A stretch of 62,141 bases of DNA from positions 1 to 62,141 of IMG/VR virus record IMGVR_UViG_3300020057_000042; one strand, given 5' to 3'. The stretch comes from a virus. Lineage: Duplodnaviria > Caudoviricetes. This document shows positions 18,488 to 28,535 of this stretch, piece after piece (the first letter of the stretch is position 1; every line of letters starts with the position of its first letter). A program made the translations under genes and the position numbers. A model generated the notes under the pieces. It had not been told where the DNA came from and ran no database searches. It saw nothing but the letters and a program-made list of their open reading frames with translations.

Positions 18488-19720
18488 TCATTTTTCGTAC
18501 CCGACAGTCCAGTGGTCGATGCGGGAGCGTGCGATCTGCATGTATTCGTCCTCTCGTTCGATTCCGATGAAGTCGAATCCTCCGAGTGTGGCGGCGATCC
18601 CGGTCGTTCCAGATCCGAGGAACGGGTCGAGGATCGTTCCTCCCGGTGGAGTCACGAGACGGCACAACCATTGCATCAGAGCAACTGGCTTCACGGTCGG
18701 ATGCGTGTTTTTGCTGGGGCCATCAGAGGCGAATAGCGACATGTCGTCGAGTCCTCGGTGGCGTTCGTTACTTGACGTTTTGGCGCAGTAGAAGAAGCGT
18801 GATGGGCCACCGCGATCGTCGTATTCTGCGCCAGTTGCCGTCAGCCCCCATCCTTCCCCACTGGTTCCCGAACGTGGCTTGCCCGACTTACTTACGGACT
18901 CTCCTGATTCGGCATCGAGGATGGCTGCTGCTTCCTCGTCAAGCAGGACATTCGCAGGCCAACGGCCAAGCGGGTTGTTCTCCGCCGCATCAGGACGTAC
19001 TTCGGCGCTTCGCTTATTGCTGCTGTAGTGGAGACTCTTGCCGCCTCCCGGCCCGTTCGGATACGAGTATGTGTCGTCTGTCGAGATCCGCGTCGCGTCG
19101 ATGTTGAGTGCCCCAGTGCCGTGCGCCATCACGTTCGCCGCGACCGTGCCCACGAGAGGCTTACGGGCCAACACGATCGGCTCGTAGGCGGGTTTGAGGG
19201 CCGTCCCGAATCCTTTCCACTGAAGGGCGGCATCCGTAGCGGGAGCGGTGACAGTAGGAACGAACTCGCGCCCGTTGTCCTTGATCCACGATCCTGTCTG
19301 TTTCTGATCCGCCCCAGGGATCATTCGTTTTACTGCCGCCCCGGTCCCGACTATCCTCCGTTCCGCACCTGCCGCCTTGTCAATCGCCTTCGACACGTCC
19401 AGGCTTTTAGGGAATCCGCTCCCGTACATCCACGCGAGCGTGTCACGGACCTCAAACCCCGCGTCCTCTAGTCCGCAAACGAGGCGATGGTAGGTGCGGG
19501 TGCCTCCGAACGCGAGCAGATGCCCTCCGGGCTTCAGGACGCGCAGAACCTCCACTCCCCACTGACGACACCACTCTTGGAAGTCAGCCGGGGTAGCGTG
19601 TTTGTCCCATTCTTTCCCCATGAACTCCAACCCGTAGGGCGGGTCAGTTACGCCCGAGTCGATGGAGCAGTCGGGAAGATCCCGCATCGCCTCCATGCAG
19701 TCCCCGAGGACGAGTCTCAT
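18488..19720 (-). CDS. DNA N6-adenine/N4-cytosine methyltransferase (beta class)
   Basis: TDPPY catalytic motif, HPTVKP and ILDPFLGSGTTG SAM-binding motif. Confidence 0.92.
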   Translation of the reverse strand: MRLVLGDCMEAMRDLPDCSIDSGVTDPPYGLEFMGKEWDKHATPADFQEWCRQWGVEVLRVLKPGGHLLAFGGTRTYHRLVCGLEDAGFEVRDTLAWMYGSGFPKSLDVSKAIDKAAGAERRIVGTGAAVKRMIPGADQKQTGSWIKDNGREFVPTVTAPATDAALQWKGFGTALKPAYEPIVLARKPLVGTVAANVMAHGTGALNIDATRISTDDTYSYPNGPGGGKSLHYSSNKRSAEVRPDAAENNPLGRWPANVLLDEEAAAILDAESGESVSKSGKPRSGTSGEGWGLTATGAEYDDRGGPSRFFYCAKTSSNERHRGLDDMSLFASDGPSKNTHPTVKPVALMQWLCRLVTPPGGTILDPFLGSGTTGIAATLGGFDFIGIEREDEYMQIARSRIDHWTVGYEK

Positions 19721-20122
19721 ACCGGCATCCTCTTTCTCTTAGCCAGTTCGGATTCGATGCCTTCCACGTCCACGGTCAGTGATGTGCCGAAGTATTCTCG
19801 GGCGCAGCGTGACTTGCAGAACGCATCCGCTGGCGCATAACGTGATGCTGTCGGCGGGATCGGGTTGCCACACACAACGCACATGCGATCCTTGCGCGGG
19901 AGGGGTTCACTGATCGTCGTCATCTACTTCTCCGATGTGAATGATGCTCGCGAACGAATCCCTGCGTGTCAGGACCTCGAACTGCCGTAGTGTCAAAGCA
20001 CCAGCGAGGAAACGGGGGATACCGGCGTCGAGCAGTGCTTTGCGGAACTCGGCCAGCACCTCCGCTACCTGCCGGAAGCCATGCACCATCACCTGTTTGT
20101 CGTCACGGTCGAAGTTGCTCAT
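19717..20122 (-). CDS. Two small hypothetical genes (19717-19923 Zn-ribbon; 19907-20122)
   Basis: Coupled ORFs; CVVCG..FCKSRC in the first. Confidence 0.5.
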
Positions 20123-20559
20123 TCTTCCTCTTTCGTGTCGGGGGAAGCGACGGCAAGAAGCTCGTCTACATGCTTTCTGTCTTCCTTCTTGCGGCCCTCC
20201 GCCATCCAAAGGAGATCACGTCTGATACCGGGATGAGAGATTGCCCCTTCCAGTTCGGCCACCCGCTCTTCCGCAGCCTCGGCACGGGCAACGATCTCCT
20301 CCACTCCTTCGGCTACCTGATACTTCCACTCGTCCCGCTCCCGTTCAGCTCGCTCGGCACGGGCCTTGTAGTCATCGCGCACCCGTTGCGTTCCGATCAA
20401 AGCGTTCCGTGTGGCGACAAGAGACTGCTCCGCTTCCTTCGCGATGGCGACCAGGAAGTTGAGGGACGCGAAACCGTTGTTGACCACATCGGGCGTGAGT
20501 TCCATCACGTCGATGGCGTCCCGCACCGTGTCGGCCAGGGCGTCGAGATCGGTGTTCAT
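20119..20559 (-). CDS. Modular coiled-coil protein, paralogue of 39671-40207
   Basis: DLDALADTVR, LVAIAKEAEQSL.ATRNAL.GTQRVRDDYK and RVAELEGA blocks shared with the plus-strand array. Confidence 0.75.
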   Translation of the reverse strand: MNTDLDALADTVRDAIDVMELTPDVVNNGFASLNFLVAIAKEAEQSLVATRNALIGTQRVRDDYKARAERAERERDEWKYQVAEGVEEIVARAEAAEERVAELEGAISHPGIRRDLLWMAEGRKKEDRKHVDELLAVASPDTKEEE

Positions 20560-20868
20560 GCTCCTCCCTTCCGCTTATTGCGGTTTGACGGTGGAAACAG
20601 ATCCGACCACATCATCCACAGCACCAAGCCGAAGAAGATGAGGATTACAGCCATCAAGACGAATATCGTTCCTGTCAGCACTTCTCTCACGTTCCCTCCT
20701 TCGGGTCAAAGTCGGTCATGGCCCGAACACCAAATCTGTGCCCTTGATGATCGCCCAAATGAACGCCCCGATAATCGAGCCGAAGACGACCAATGGAAAC
20801 CACAGAGGGAAGCACGCGATAAGCCCTGCTTTCTCCCATCCGGTCAGTTTGTGCCATCGCCCGCTCAT
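20556..20868 (-). CDS. Two small membrane proteins (20556-20690; 20716-20868)
   Basis: Hydrophobic ORFs, each preceded by the CCCGAAGGAGGGAAC junction. Confidence 0.55.
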
Positions 20869-21921
20869 GTTCCCTCCTTCGGGTCGTGGGGAGGAAGAAT
20901 GTCTACGACTGTGATCTCAAAACGTGCGCCAGAGCGGTGAGTCATGGTGCGATGATGCTGGTCGAGAGTGATGCCCTCCGGCCCTTCCTCACACTGAGAG
21001 GTCGAGATAGCGGACGCTCCTGTGATTCCGTATCGTTCTCCGAATGGTGCGGCGGTCATCTCGGCAAGTAGCTCCCTAGCGTCCATCTGTTTCCTCCTTC
21101 GGGTCGTGGGAAGCGAGGGCAGCGGCTATCCTTCTGTGTTCCCGATCTAGCGTCTCTTCCAGTTCGGCCAGCAACTCCTCCACACGGTCGAGAGCAGCCT
21201 GGGCGTAGCAGTGACACCCTTCATCTGCCAGCGTGGTGCAGTTCGGATGGTGCCCCTGTGGGTGGTAGCCGCGCTGCAACGACTCCCGGATCGTTTCGAT
21301 GTCGCTCATGTTCCCTCCTTCGGGTCGTGGGAATCGAGGGCAGCGCGAGCGGCTTCCTCGGCACCTCTGGCTAGTTGCTCGCCGTCCTCGCCGCCGTAGT
21401 GTTTCTCGCAACGGCCTACAAACGGGACACCCTTCGCGGAGATCCGCAGGATGGTGTCTCCCTTGCTCGGGTGGCGCTCGCAACCGGGGAAGGAACAGGC
21501 CATGCTCACGGTGAACGCTCTATGAGTGCGGCTGCTTTCTCGCACCAGTCGAACCATGACCATCCTTCGATTCGCGGGAGCAGTGATTCACCAACGTACT
21601 CTCGTGTCAGTCGGAATGCTTCGATCCCCTCGGCCAGCGCCGCTTCCAATGCGGCCACCCGTGCCTCCTCAGCCCTCTGCTCTTCCATCGTGCAGTGCCA
21701 CAGTTCGTTGCTCATGTTGCCTCCTTGGAATCGTATTTGACGCGCAGTTCGTGGAGCGTCCAGCGATCACCGGCCCATGTGACTTTGGCGTGTGTGACTC
21801 GGCAGCGAACCCCGTCCACGAGGACATGTTCGCCTCGTCGCGGCGGGGCCAACGGGAAGAACTTGAACGTGTCCTGCTTCTCCACGTCGACTAGAGTGCC
21901 ACGCTTGAAGGCTCGTCTCAT
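20865..21921 (-). CDS. Array of five short coupled ORFs (20865-21086, 21076-21309, 21306-21509, 21506-21715, 21712-21921)
   Basis: Several end in HDPKEGT/HDPKEET/DSKEAT encoded by the repeated junction. Confidence 0.6.
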
Positions 21922-22130
21922 TCTTCCTCCCGAAGTTCAGATGGTCGTACCCCAAGCGTTTCAGGAAGCATGGCCGAGGGCACGTCGAACTCCTCACACA
22001 ACCTCCTGATGTACGTGCGGACGGACTCGCGGGAGATGTCCATTTCCTCGGCCATCTCCCGCTGTGTGAAGCCGTCAGCCAGGAAGCTCACCACCCTCCA
22101 CTCCTGCGGTTCCAGGTTGTAGAGAGTCAT
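21918..22130 (-). CDS. LuxR-type HTH protein
   Basis: LEPQEWRVVSFLADGFTQREMAEEMDISRESVRTYIRRL. Confidence 0.75.
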   Translation of the reverse strand: MTLYNLEPQEWRVVSFLADGFTQREMAEEMDISRESVRTYIRRLCEEFDVPSAMLPETLGVRPSELREEE

Positions 22131-22807
22131 GCTGCGCGCCTCGTTCCGGTGGTGGGACGAGGAAACCCTGCCGTCTCGATCGCGTTTGACCACGATCCGA
22201 AGTAGTAACGAACGCTAGATGATGATGGGTTCTCGTCTCCGACGTTCTTCCAGTCTGGCGTCACTGGTGGTCGTCCGTGGTAGATCGTCCACGCGACGAT
22301 CGCGCCGATGATCTTCTCGCGTGACCACTCTTGCCGATCGCCGTAAACGCCCGCCTTGGGACGATGGAATCCTGCTGCTTCGATAGCGTCGGCCCACTTC
22401 GGGAACGCCGCCTGCGGTCCGTACACAGACATCGCGCAAGGGTAGGGACCGTGAGGGTCCGAAAGCATCCATTCCCTCGAAGCAGGTGGTCTGCCATTAA
22501 GGCGTGCCCACTTCTGTATTGCCCCGATGACTGCCTCCTGCGTCCATATCTTCGTGTGGTGTCTCGTGCAGGCATCACATCGCTTCGGCGCGTTGTAGCC
22601 CGACGATCCGTCCGTCTTCGCTCCGCAGTCGACGCACGTTCCCCGATACCGTTCCCGACGGGTCTTCTGCTTCGACCCGTCGGGATCGTTGATGATTGCG
22701 TAGACCGTTTTCACCGAGCAGCCCATCAACTCGGCGATCCGTTTCCCGCTGCACCCGTATAGATCGCGGAGCATGATGATGTGCTCGTACTTCTCGGCGC
22801 GGGTCAT
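22127..22807 (-). CDS. HTH + Zn finger + homing-endonuclease-associated repeats
   Basis: Two W(T/S)xE..I.AI..W....GRPP...W...F..W..AIE.AG repeats. Confidence 0.7.
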   Translation of the reverse strand: MTRAEKYEHIIMLRDLYGCSGKRIAELMGCSVKTVYAIINDPDGSKQKTRRERYRGTCVDCGAKTDGSSGYNAPKRCDACTRHHTKIWTQEAVIGAIQKWARLNGRPPASREWMLSDPHGPYPCAMSVYGPQAAFPKWADAIEAAGFHRPKAGVYGDRQEWSREKIIGAIVAWTIYHGRPPVTPDWKNVGDENPSSSSVRYYFGSWSNAIETAGFPRPTTGTRRAA

Positions 22808-22808
22808 C

Positions 22809-23309
22809 CTAGAACGGAATGTCGTTGTCGTCGTACTCGTATCCCGCTGTCGCAGGCGCGGGAGGCTGCTGGTACTCGGTCACGATGTCCGGCTCGGCCT
22901 CGGGCGCAGGAACTTGCTCTGAGCGGCCGTCAGCCCACGCGAACGAGCCTCCACTCTCCCGATCCACCTTCACCACGTAGTCGTGGTAGGCGATCCCCCT
23001 GGAGCCTGTGCGCTCCCCCTTGTAGGCAACCCCGACTCGCTCACCCGGTACGGGACGTGCGGCGTGCATCTGGTTGGCGAGGACGGTGGACTGGCAGTGG
23101 ATAGCAACGTCACCCACGCCCTCCACGTTCAGGATCAGCACGTCATACTCGCCGTCCTGGTTGAAGTTCTCGCGGGTGAAGTGGTCGACGGCGATCCCGA
23201 TGACCACCTGTTCGTTGTAGGACGGGTTCTCGTACTTCGCTGCTTTCTCCGCCTGAGGAATCCACGGCATAGAAGAGCCTCCCTGGAGTCGATCTTCGAG
23301 TGAACTCAT
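22809..23309 (-). CDS. Single-stranded DNA-binding protein-like
   Basis: Beta-rich core and acidic C-terminal DDNDIPF; AAGGAG RBS. Confidence 0.65.
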   Translation of the reverse strand: MSSLEDRLQGGSSMPWIPQAEKAAKYENPSYNEQVVIGIAVDHFTRENFNQDGEYDVLILNVEGVGDVAIHCQSTVLANQMHAARPVPGERVGVAYKGERTGSRGIAYHDYVVKVDRESGGSFAWADGRSEQVPAPEAEPDIVTEYQQPPAPATAGYEYDDNDIPF

Positions 23310-23803
23310 GTTGTCTCCTTCGCTTTGAGTGTGATCTTCTTCTTCTCGTACTCAGACACGCCGCTCCAATTCCTATGTCTGAGGATGGGGATTGGTCGTT
23401 CCTTCCGACATGTCAGGCAGACTCTCGCCCTCCTGCCATTGGTCTTGACTTTGATCCCGGTGTTCTCGGGCGTGAATTCGTGCCCGTGGATGCAGTGCGT
23501 TCTGGCAGCGTTCTCAGTGACAGGACTGATGCCCCTCAACTTGTTCTCAGTGGGGGTGACGGCCTCTAGGTGGAACGGATTGACGCACTTCTTGTTACGA
23601 CACAGATGGTCGATGCAATGCCCCTCGGGAACCGGGCCAAACGAGGTCACATAGGCGTACTGGTGGGCACCAATGTTGGTTCCTTGGAACCAAAACACTC
23701 CGTAGCCCGTCCAGTGAATTGCCGCTTGCCATTCCCAGCACTCGTGCTCGCTTGGAATGTCGACCTTGAGCCAGAACCGCTCTTGTGGGGACAACTTCAT
23801 CAT
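23306..23803 (-). CDS. HNH homing endonuclease (paralogue of 17770-18258)
   Basis: [34 protein letters not shown]. Confidence 0.9.
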   Translation of the reverse strand: MMKLSPQERFWLKVDIPSEHECWEWQAAIHWTGYGVFWFQGTNIGAHQYAYVTSFGPVPEGHCIDHLCRNKKCVNPFHLEAVTPTENKLRGISPVTENAARTHCIHGHEFTPENTGIKVKTNGRRARVCLTCRKERPIPILRHRNWSGVSEYEKKKITLKAKETT

Positions 23804-25565
23804 AGTTCTTGCTTGTCCAACTCCCTTTGTAGTGTGATCCGCTTCGGCCAGTCCTCCGGCCCGTAAGCGTCGAGATCGTCCTCGGAAATTCGGACGGCCT
23901 GAACACAAGTGCGTGCGTTATCTGCCTCCCTCCTCCACGCCCCGATCGTCTCGTCGGCGTGCTTGGCGAGGTCGAGCGCGAGATGGTGAATGTTGAACGT
24001 GAACTCGTCTCCGTCTTCGGTTGTGACGTTGAGCGTGAACATGCCTTCGTCTGTGTCGAAGACGACAGCGTCGGCGCGTGCGTAATGCCTCATGTTGTTG
24101 CCGCCAACAGGGATGGGGCGCACTCCCACTCCACGATCTCGCGCTCGTGCTCCGCGATCACCTGCTCGGGGACGTGCTCGGTGCCGACCACGATCCTTTT
24201 ACAGACATCCTCGCGGGGCGCGATGACCGAGAACTTGTGGGGACCGAAATTCTTGGTCACGTAGAAGTAGATGCTGTCGCCGTTCTTGTTTGCCGTCCCC
24301 ATGATCCGGGCAGCTTCGGACAACTTCTTCACCGCCGTTATGTCGCCGTCGTCGTACTCGAACTTCATCGCGTGAGCAACGCTCTGCAAAGGGATGAGGT
24401 CGGGGTGAATCTCGAACCATGCGGCCATGCTGTACAGGCCGTCGATGTAGTCGCGCTGTATGTCGTTCATGCTGCCTCTCCTTCGTAGTTGCAGTTCTCC
24501 AGGCAGTCAAGTGCTGCCACGGTGTCCGTTCCATGAGGGCCGCGTCCGTGCTCGCACGTCCAGCGTCCCTCGATGTCTTGCATCACCCACGCGCCGAGAC
24601 AGTTGACTTGCACTCCCGGCATCTCCGAATCCATGAGGTCGTAGGCGTCGGGGTCGTCGAAGTTGAAGACGGGGTCGTCAGCGAACGCAGCGGGGTCCAT
24701 CATGTTCTCCTTCCCAATGGTGAAGCAGGCCACGGATTCACGATCCACTCTCTCGTGTCGAGCGTCAAAACTCCGACCATGTCATTGCAAGTGATTTGCC
24801 TTTCCTCGGTGAGGGTGCGCAGGGTGAAGCCGAGCGCGTCGTCGTCGCACGATGCCACCTGATATGGCTCGTCGTCACGCAGGACGTAGATGGCAAGGCT
24901 GCTCATCGCTCGTTCTCCAGCAGCCACGGCATAAACCTTCTCGCCCACGCCTGATGGGCACCGGCCATCGTGATGATGGCCGGTGGAACACCGTTGACGT
25001 AGGGCATACCGCTGGCGGTAATCACGCCGACTCCTTGATGATGAAGTTGATGGCGGCGATGGCGGCGAAGGCCGCAAGGGCGAAGAGCCAAGCAGCCCTA
25101 CTATCGATGCCGACGATGACAAGCCCCCCAAACAACGTTCCCTGCATTATCACCGCAGTAAGAAGAGCTTGCATTAGGTCACTTCCTTGGTGGTGACGAT
25201 GACGGCGTACTGGGCCGAGTGGCCGAAGTTGAGCGACAGGTAGAGATTCGCTTCTCCTGGCTTGTCGAAGTGCGCGGCATCTCGTTCTTTGTCGCACCAC
25301 TCACCGCGCTCTCCCGCGTACAACACTTCTCCGCTCGGTAGGTCAAAGCGCAAGACCACGCTCATCACTCCACCTCCATCCCTACGATGTGTGCGACTGT
25401 CTCGGGATGGGAGGCAACGTACAAGCGTGCCTCTAGGTCTGTCATCTCGTCGGGGGTCAGTGACTCCTCGGAGCTGAACATCATGCGGGATTCCATTGTG
25501 TTTGAGAACCACGTGCTTCGCCACAACGCTCGCACCTGTCGCTCCGTCAATCTCATGCTGTTCAT
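23800..25565 (-). CDS. Run of about eight small hypothetical early genes
   Basis: Tightly coupled ORFs with GGAG RBSs (e.g. 23800-24093, 24090-24470). Confidence 0.5.
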
Positions 25566-25605
25566 GCTCGTGTCTCCTTCTCTTAGGGGACTAACCTGTA
25601 CGTTA

Positions 25606-25634
25606 CTTATATCACCGTCAGTCGGACGTTGCAA
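25606..25634 (-). promoter_or_regulatory. Promoter TTGCAA-N17-TATAAG with ACGGTGA before the -10
   Basis: Intergenic, upstream of the minus-strand operon. Confidence 0.65.
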
Positions 25635-25689
25635 CCTCTAAAACTCAGATGGGTGTGGCATAAGTAATCCCGTCAAAGCCCCAGGGTCC

Positions 25690-27511
25690 TCAGCAGGCAG
25701 CCTCGCCACCCGCACGGATCCGCTCACCCTCCGCACGACTCACGCCGTAGCCGATGACGGACACGATCTCGGTGGGGCGGATCAGGAGCGCGCCGTCTGC
25801 GGCGTCGATGTCGGCCTCGTCGCACTCGACCCCCCGCATCTGGACGATCACGTGATCGTCCATCGTCGCGTGCCGGTCGACCATGTACGCGACCAGATCG
25901 GCGACAGTGCGGCAGCAGGAGACGCCGTCCTGAGAGCTGATCGTCGTGTAGCCGGATCCGTCGCAGTCGTCGCAGTCGATGGTGTCGAGGTCGTCGCCTG
26001 CGTATAGGGTGCCGTGGCCGGAGCAAGTTGCGCATGTGATCTCGACCCATCCTGCCCATACGGTGCTGTGCTGGTGGGCTGCGTCGAGGAGGCGCTCGTG
26101 GTCGAGGTCGCTGCGCTCGATCCGGTAGTACGTCTGGAAGTCAGCGAGGTCGGCCATCTTACGCATCGTGTGCCTCCTCATTGTGGGTGACTGTCGTGTC
26201 GTGCATGGTGATGCCCGCTGCCTGCATGTGCTCGCGGGTGGCTTCGTATTCGTCCTGCTGTTGCTCGGCGAGGCGCTCGGGAGAGAGAGTCATTCCCTCG
26301 ATCCACGGCATCCTCGCGGTCAGTGTCATCTCGTTCTCGGCTGTCTTCGTGAAGAGAAGGCCGGAGCGTGGGATGCCCCATACACCGCCGACACGAATCA
26401 TCTCGACCATGTTGCGACACCATGCCAGATGATCGGGGTCGAAGGACATTATTCCTCGATCCTCTCGACCGCGATCCACCGGCCAAGATCATGCATCTTG
26501 TCGTGGTCGTGGATCATCGCGGCGGAGTAGTTACCTGAGGACGCATAGCCATAGTCGACCGTGTAGTTACTGTCGGGGCCCTCTGCATACTCCGCGCATC
26601 GCTCATCCAAGTAGGCAACCGCGTCGGAGTAGTCATCAAATATCGGCGGATCGTCTTCGTCAGGCAAGTAGCCAGGGGTATTCTCAATTACGGTCCATTG
26701 CTCGATCATCGTATTATTCCTCTCTGTAGCCATCAAACCATGACCCATGCTCTTCCCAGTGCAGTATTGCCTCTTCGCTGGTGGCGGTGCTGCTGGAAGT
26801 CTCCGCGTCGCTGCAATGCTCTTGTGCTTCTTGCAGCGTCAATCCCGTCGCGATCGTTACTCGATCGATCGAGGAGTCTTCGTAGAATCGAATCACGCTA
26901 TAGGTCGACTCGTCCATCAGTCACTCCTTCCGTCGGCAGTGCATCCACGTCAAGAAAGACGCCGCTCTGCACCTGCGCCCCGTCGTCGGCTGTGCTGCAC
27001 TCGCTCACGAACTGCATGGTGTTCTCCTTCGCGGTGGTGGTGTTCTAGCTAGCCACATCTATCGGCTCGCCCCCGAAGTCCTCTTCGCCCGCGAGCCATG
27101 CCTCGGCCCGATCTGGCCATGCCTCCGCAAGCGCGTCGGCACCCTGGATGCCTTGCGTGATCCAGTGGCCGGTAACGCTGGAGATGATGTCGTAGTTTGC
27201 CTCCGCGTCGAGCTGAGAAAATCGGGCCGCGATCACGAGAGGATCATCTCGACGTAGTCGGGATTGTCGCTGATCCACTCTTGTGCCTGCTGGATCGTCA
27301 AACCTTCCAGCATCTTGAACCCATCGCACGCCGAAATGATCCTCCGACGCTTGCCGCCGTGCTTGTTGACGACAACGGGAATCGGGTAGAAGATCCAGCG
27401 TGAACCCTTGTAGTTGACGTTCTCCCAGACTTCCGCAACCGAGTCGCAGTCGTAGTCGGTGATGTGGTCATTGCCATCGGGCGAGAACTGGACTGACGTG
27501 AAAGCGCTCAT
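25690..27511 (-). CDS. Cluster of acidic small early proteins (e.g. 25690-26166 Zn-finger, 26449-26709, 26714-26917, 27233-27511)
   Basis: Coupled ORFs with GGAGG RBSs; the first has CxxCxGxG repeats. Confidence 0.5.
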
Positions 27512-27549
27512 TCTGCTTGCCTCCTCTTGTCGGGTGACTATCTAAAGGG

Positions 27550-27578
27550 AACATATCACGTTCGTGCGTACATGTCAA
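27550..27578 (-). promoter_or_regulatory. Promoter TTGACA-N17-TATGTT
   Basis: Consensus -35; spacer contains GTACGCACGAA. Confidence 0.65.
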
Positions 27579-28314
27579 GCCTAAAAATTGGGACCGAACC
27601 GGCCTAAGTGACTCTAAAAATTCAGGTGGCAGGTCGACAAGCAGATCGGGAATACCTCTCCCGGGCTTGCTTGCACATGCAACTATCGACCTGATTGGCC
27701 ATAAACGTCCATTCTAAGCCGTTTCCGCCGATTCGCGCGGTACGATTCGTGCGCCGTCCCGTGCGCCGTCCCGTGCGCGCTGCTACCGCGTCCCGTGCGC
27801 GCGCGAGTCTCTTCCACGCCGATACCCTCGCAGGGTCCAGCGTGCGCGAAGGATGCGTTACAGCGCGCCGCGCGTCCCGTTTCGAGGGATAGCGGCGCGC
27901 CACTGTTACCGCGCGCGGTACAGCGCGCGGCTGTAGCGCCGTAGCGTCCCGTGGCGCGCGTGCGAGCTACAGCCGGTACAGCGTGCGCCGACGGTCCAGC
28001 GTGCGCGGGGACGGCGCTACAGGGATGCGGGCGCGCTGTAAGCGGCCTGCCGCGCGGCGTGCGAGGGTACGGCGCGCCATCTAGCGCGCACGGGACGATA
28101 TCCGAGGGATCCGTAGCCTGGACGGCGCGCCGCGCGCTAGATGGCGCTAGACGTGCCTGTAGCGCGCCGATAGCGGCGCGCTGTACAGATATGGCGGTAT
28201 CCCGTTCCATTCTGACAGCCCGTCCATAGATGGCGGCTGTCACAATGGAACGGCCACCTAGCGCTAACTAGGCGGCCGCTCGCGTGCGAGTGTTACAGGG
28301 ATCGGCAGTCTATG

Positions 28315-28512
28315 TCAGTCGACCCCCCCCCGCACGTTCCACGCTGCCGGTACAGCGAATTTGGCAGTAGAGCCCGCAGCGCCGCGCGTGGCGGTATCGT
28401 CCGCTACCGGGCAGGCGCCGACGTTGTAGCACTCCCCGTCAGGCATGTTCGGGTCCTCGCACGCCGCGCAGTAGGTGACAACGGCGGGCGCGATGGTGAG
28501 TGTTTCGAGCAT
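28315..28512 (-). CDS. Small Cys-containing hypothetical protein
   Basis: AAGGAG RBS, ATG 28512. Confidence 0.5.
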   Translation of the reverse strand: MLETLTIAPAVVTYCAACEDPNMPDGECYNVGACPVADDTATRGAAGSTAKFAVPAAWNVRGGVD

Positions 28513-28535
28513 GATTGATTCTCCTTCTCTTCCTG

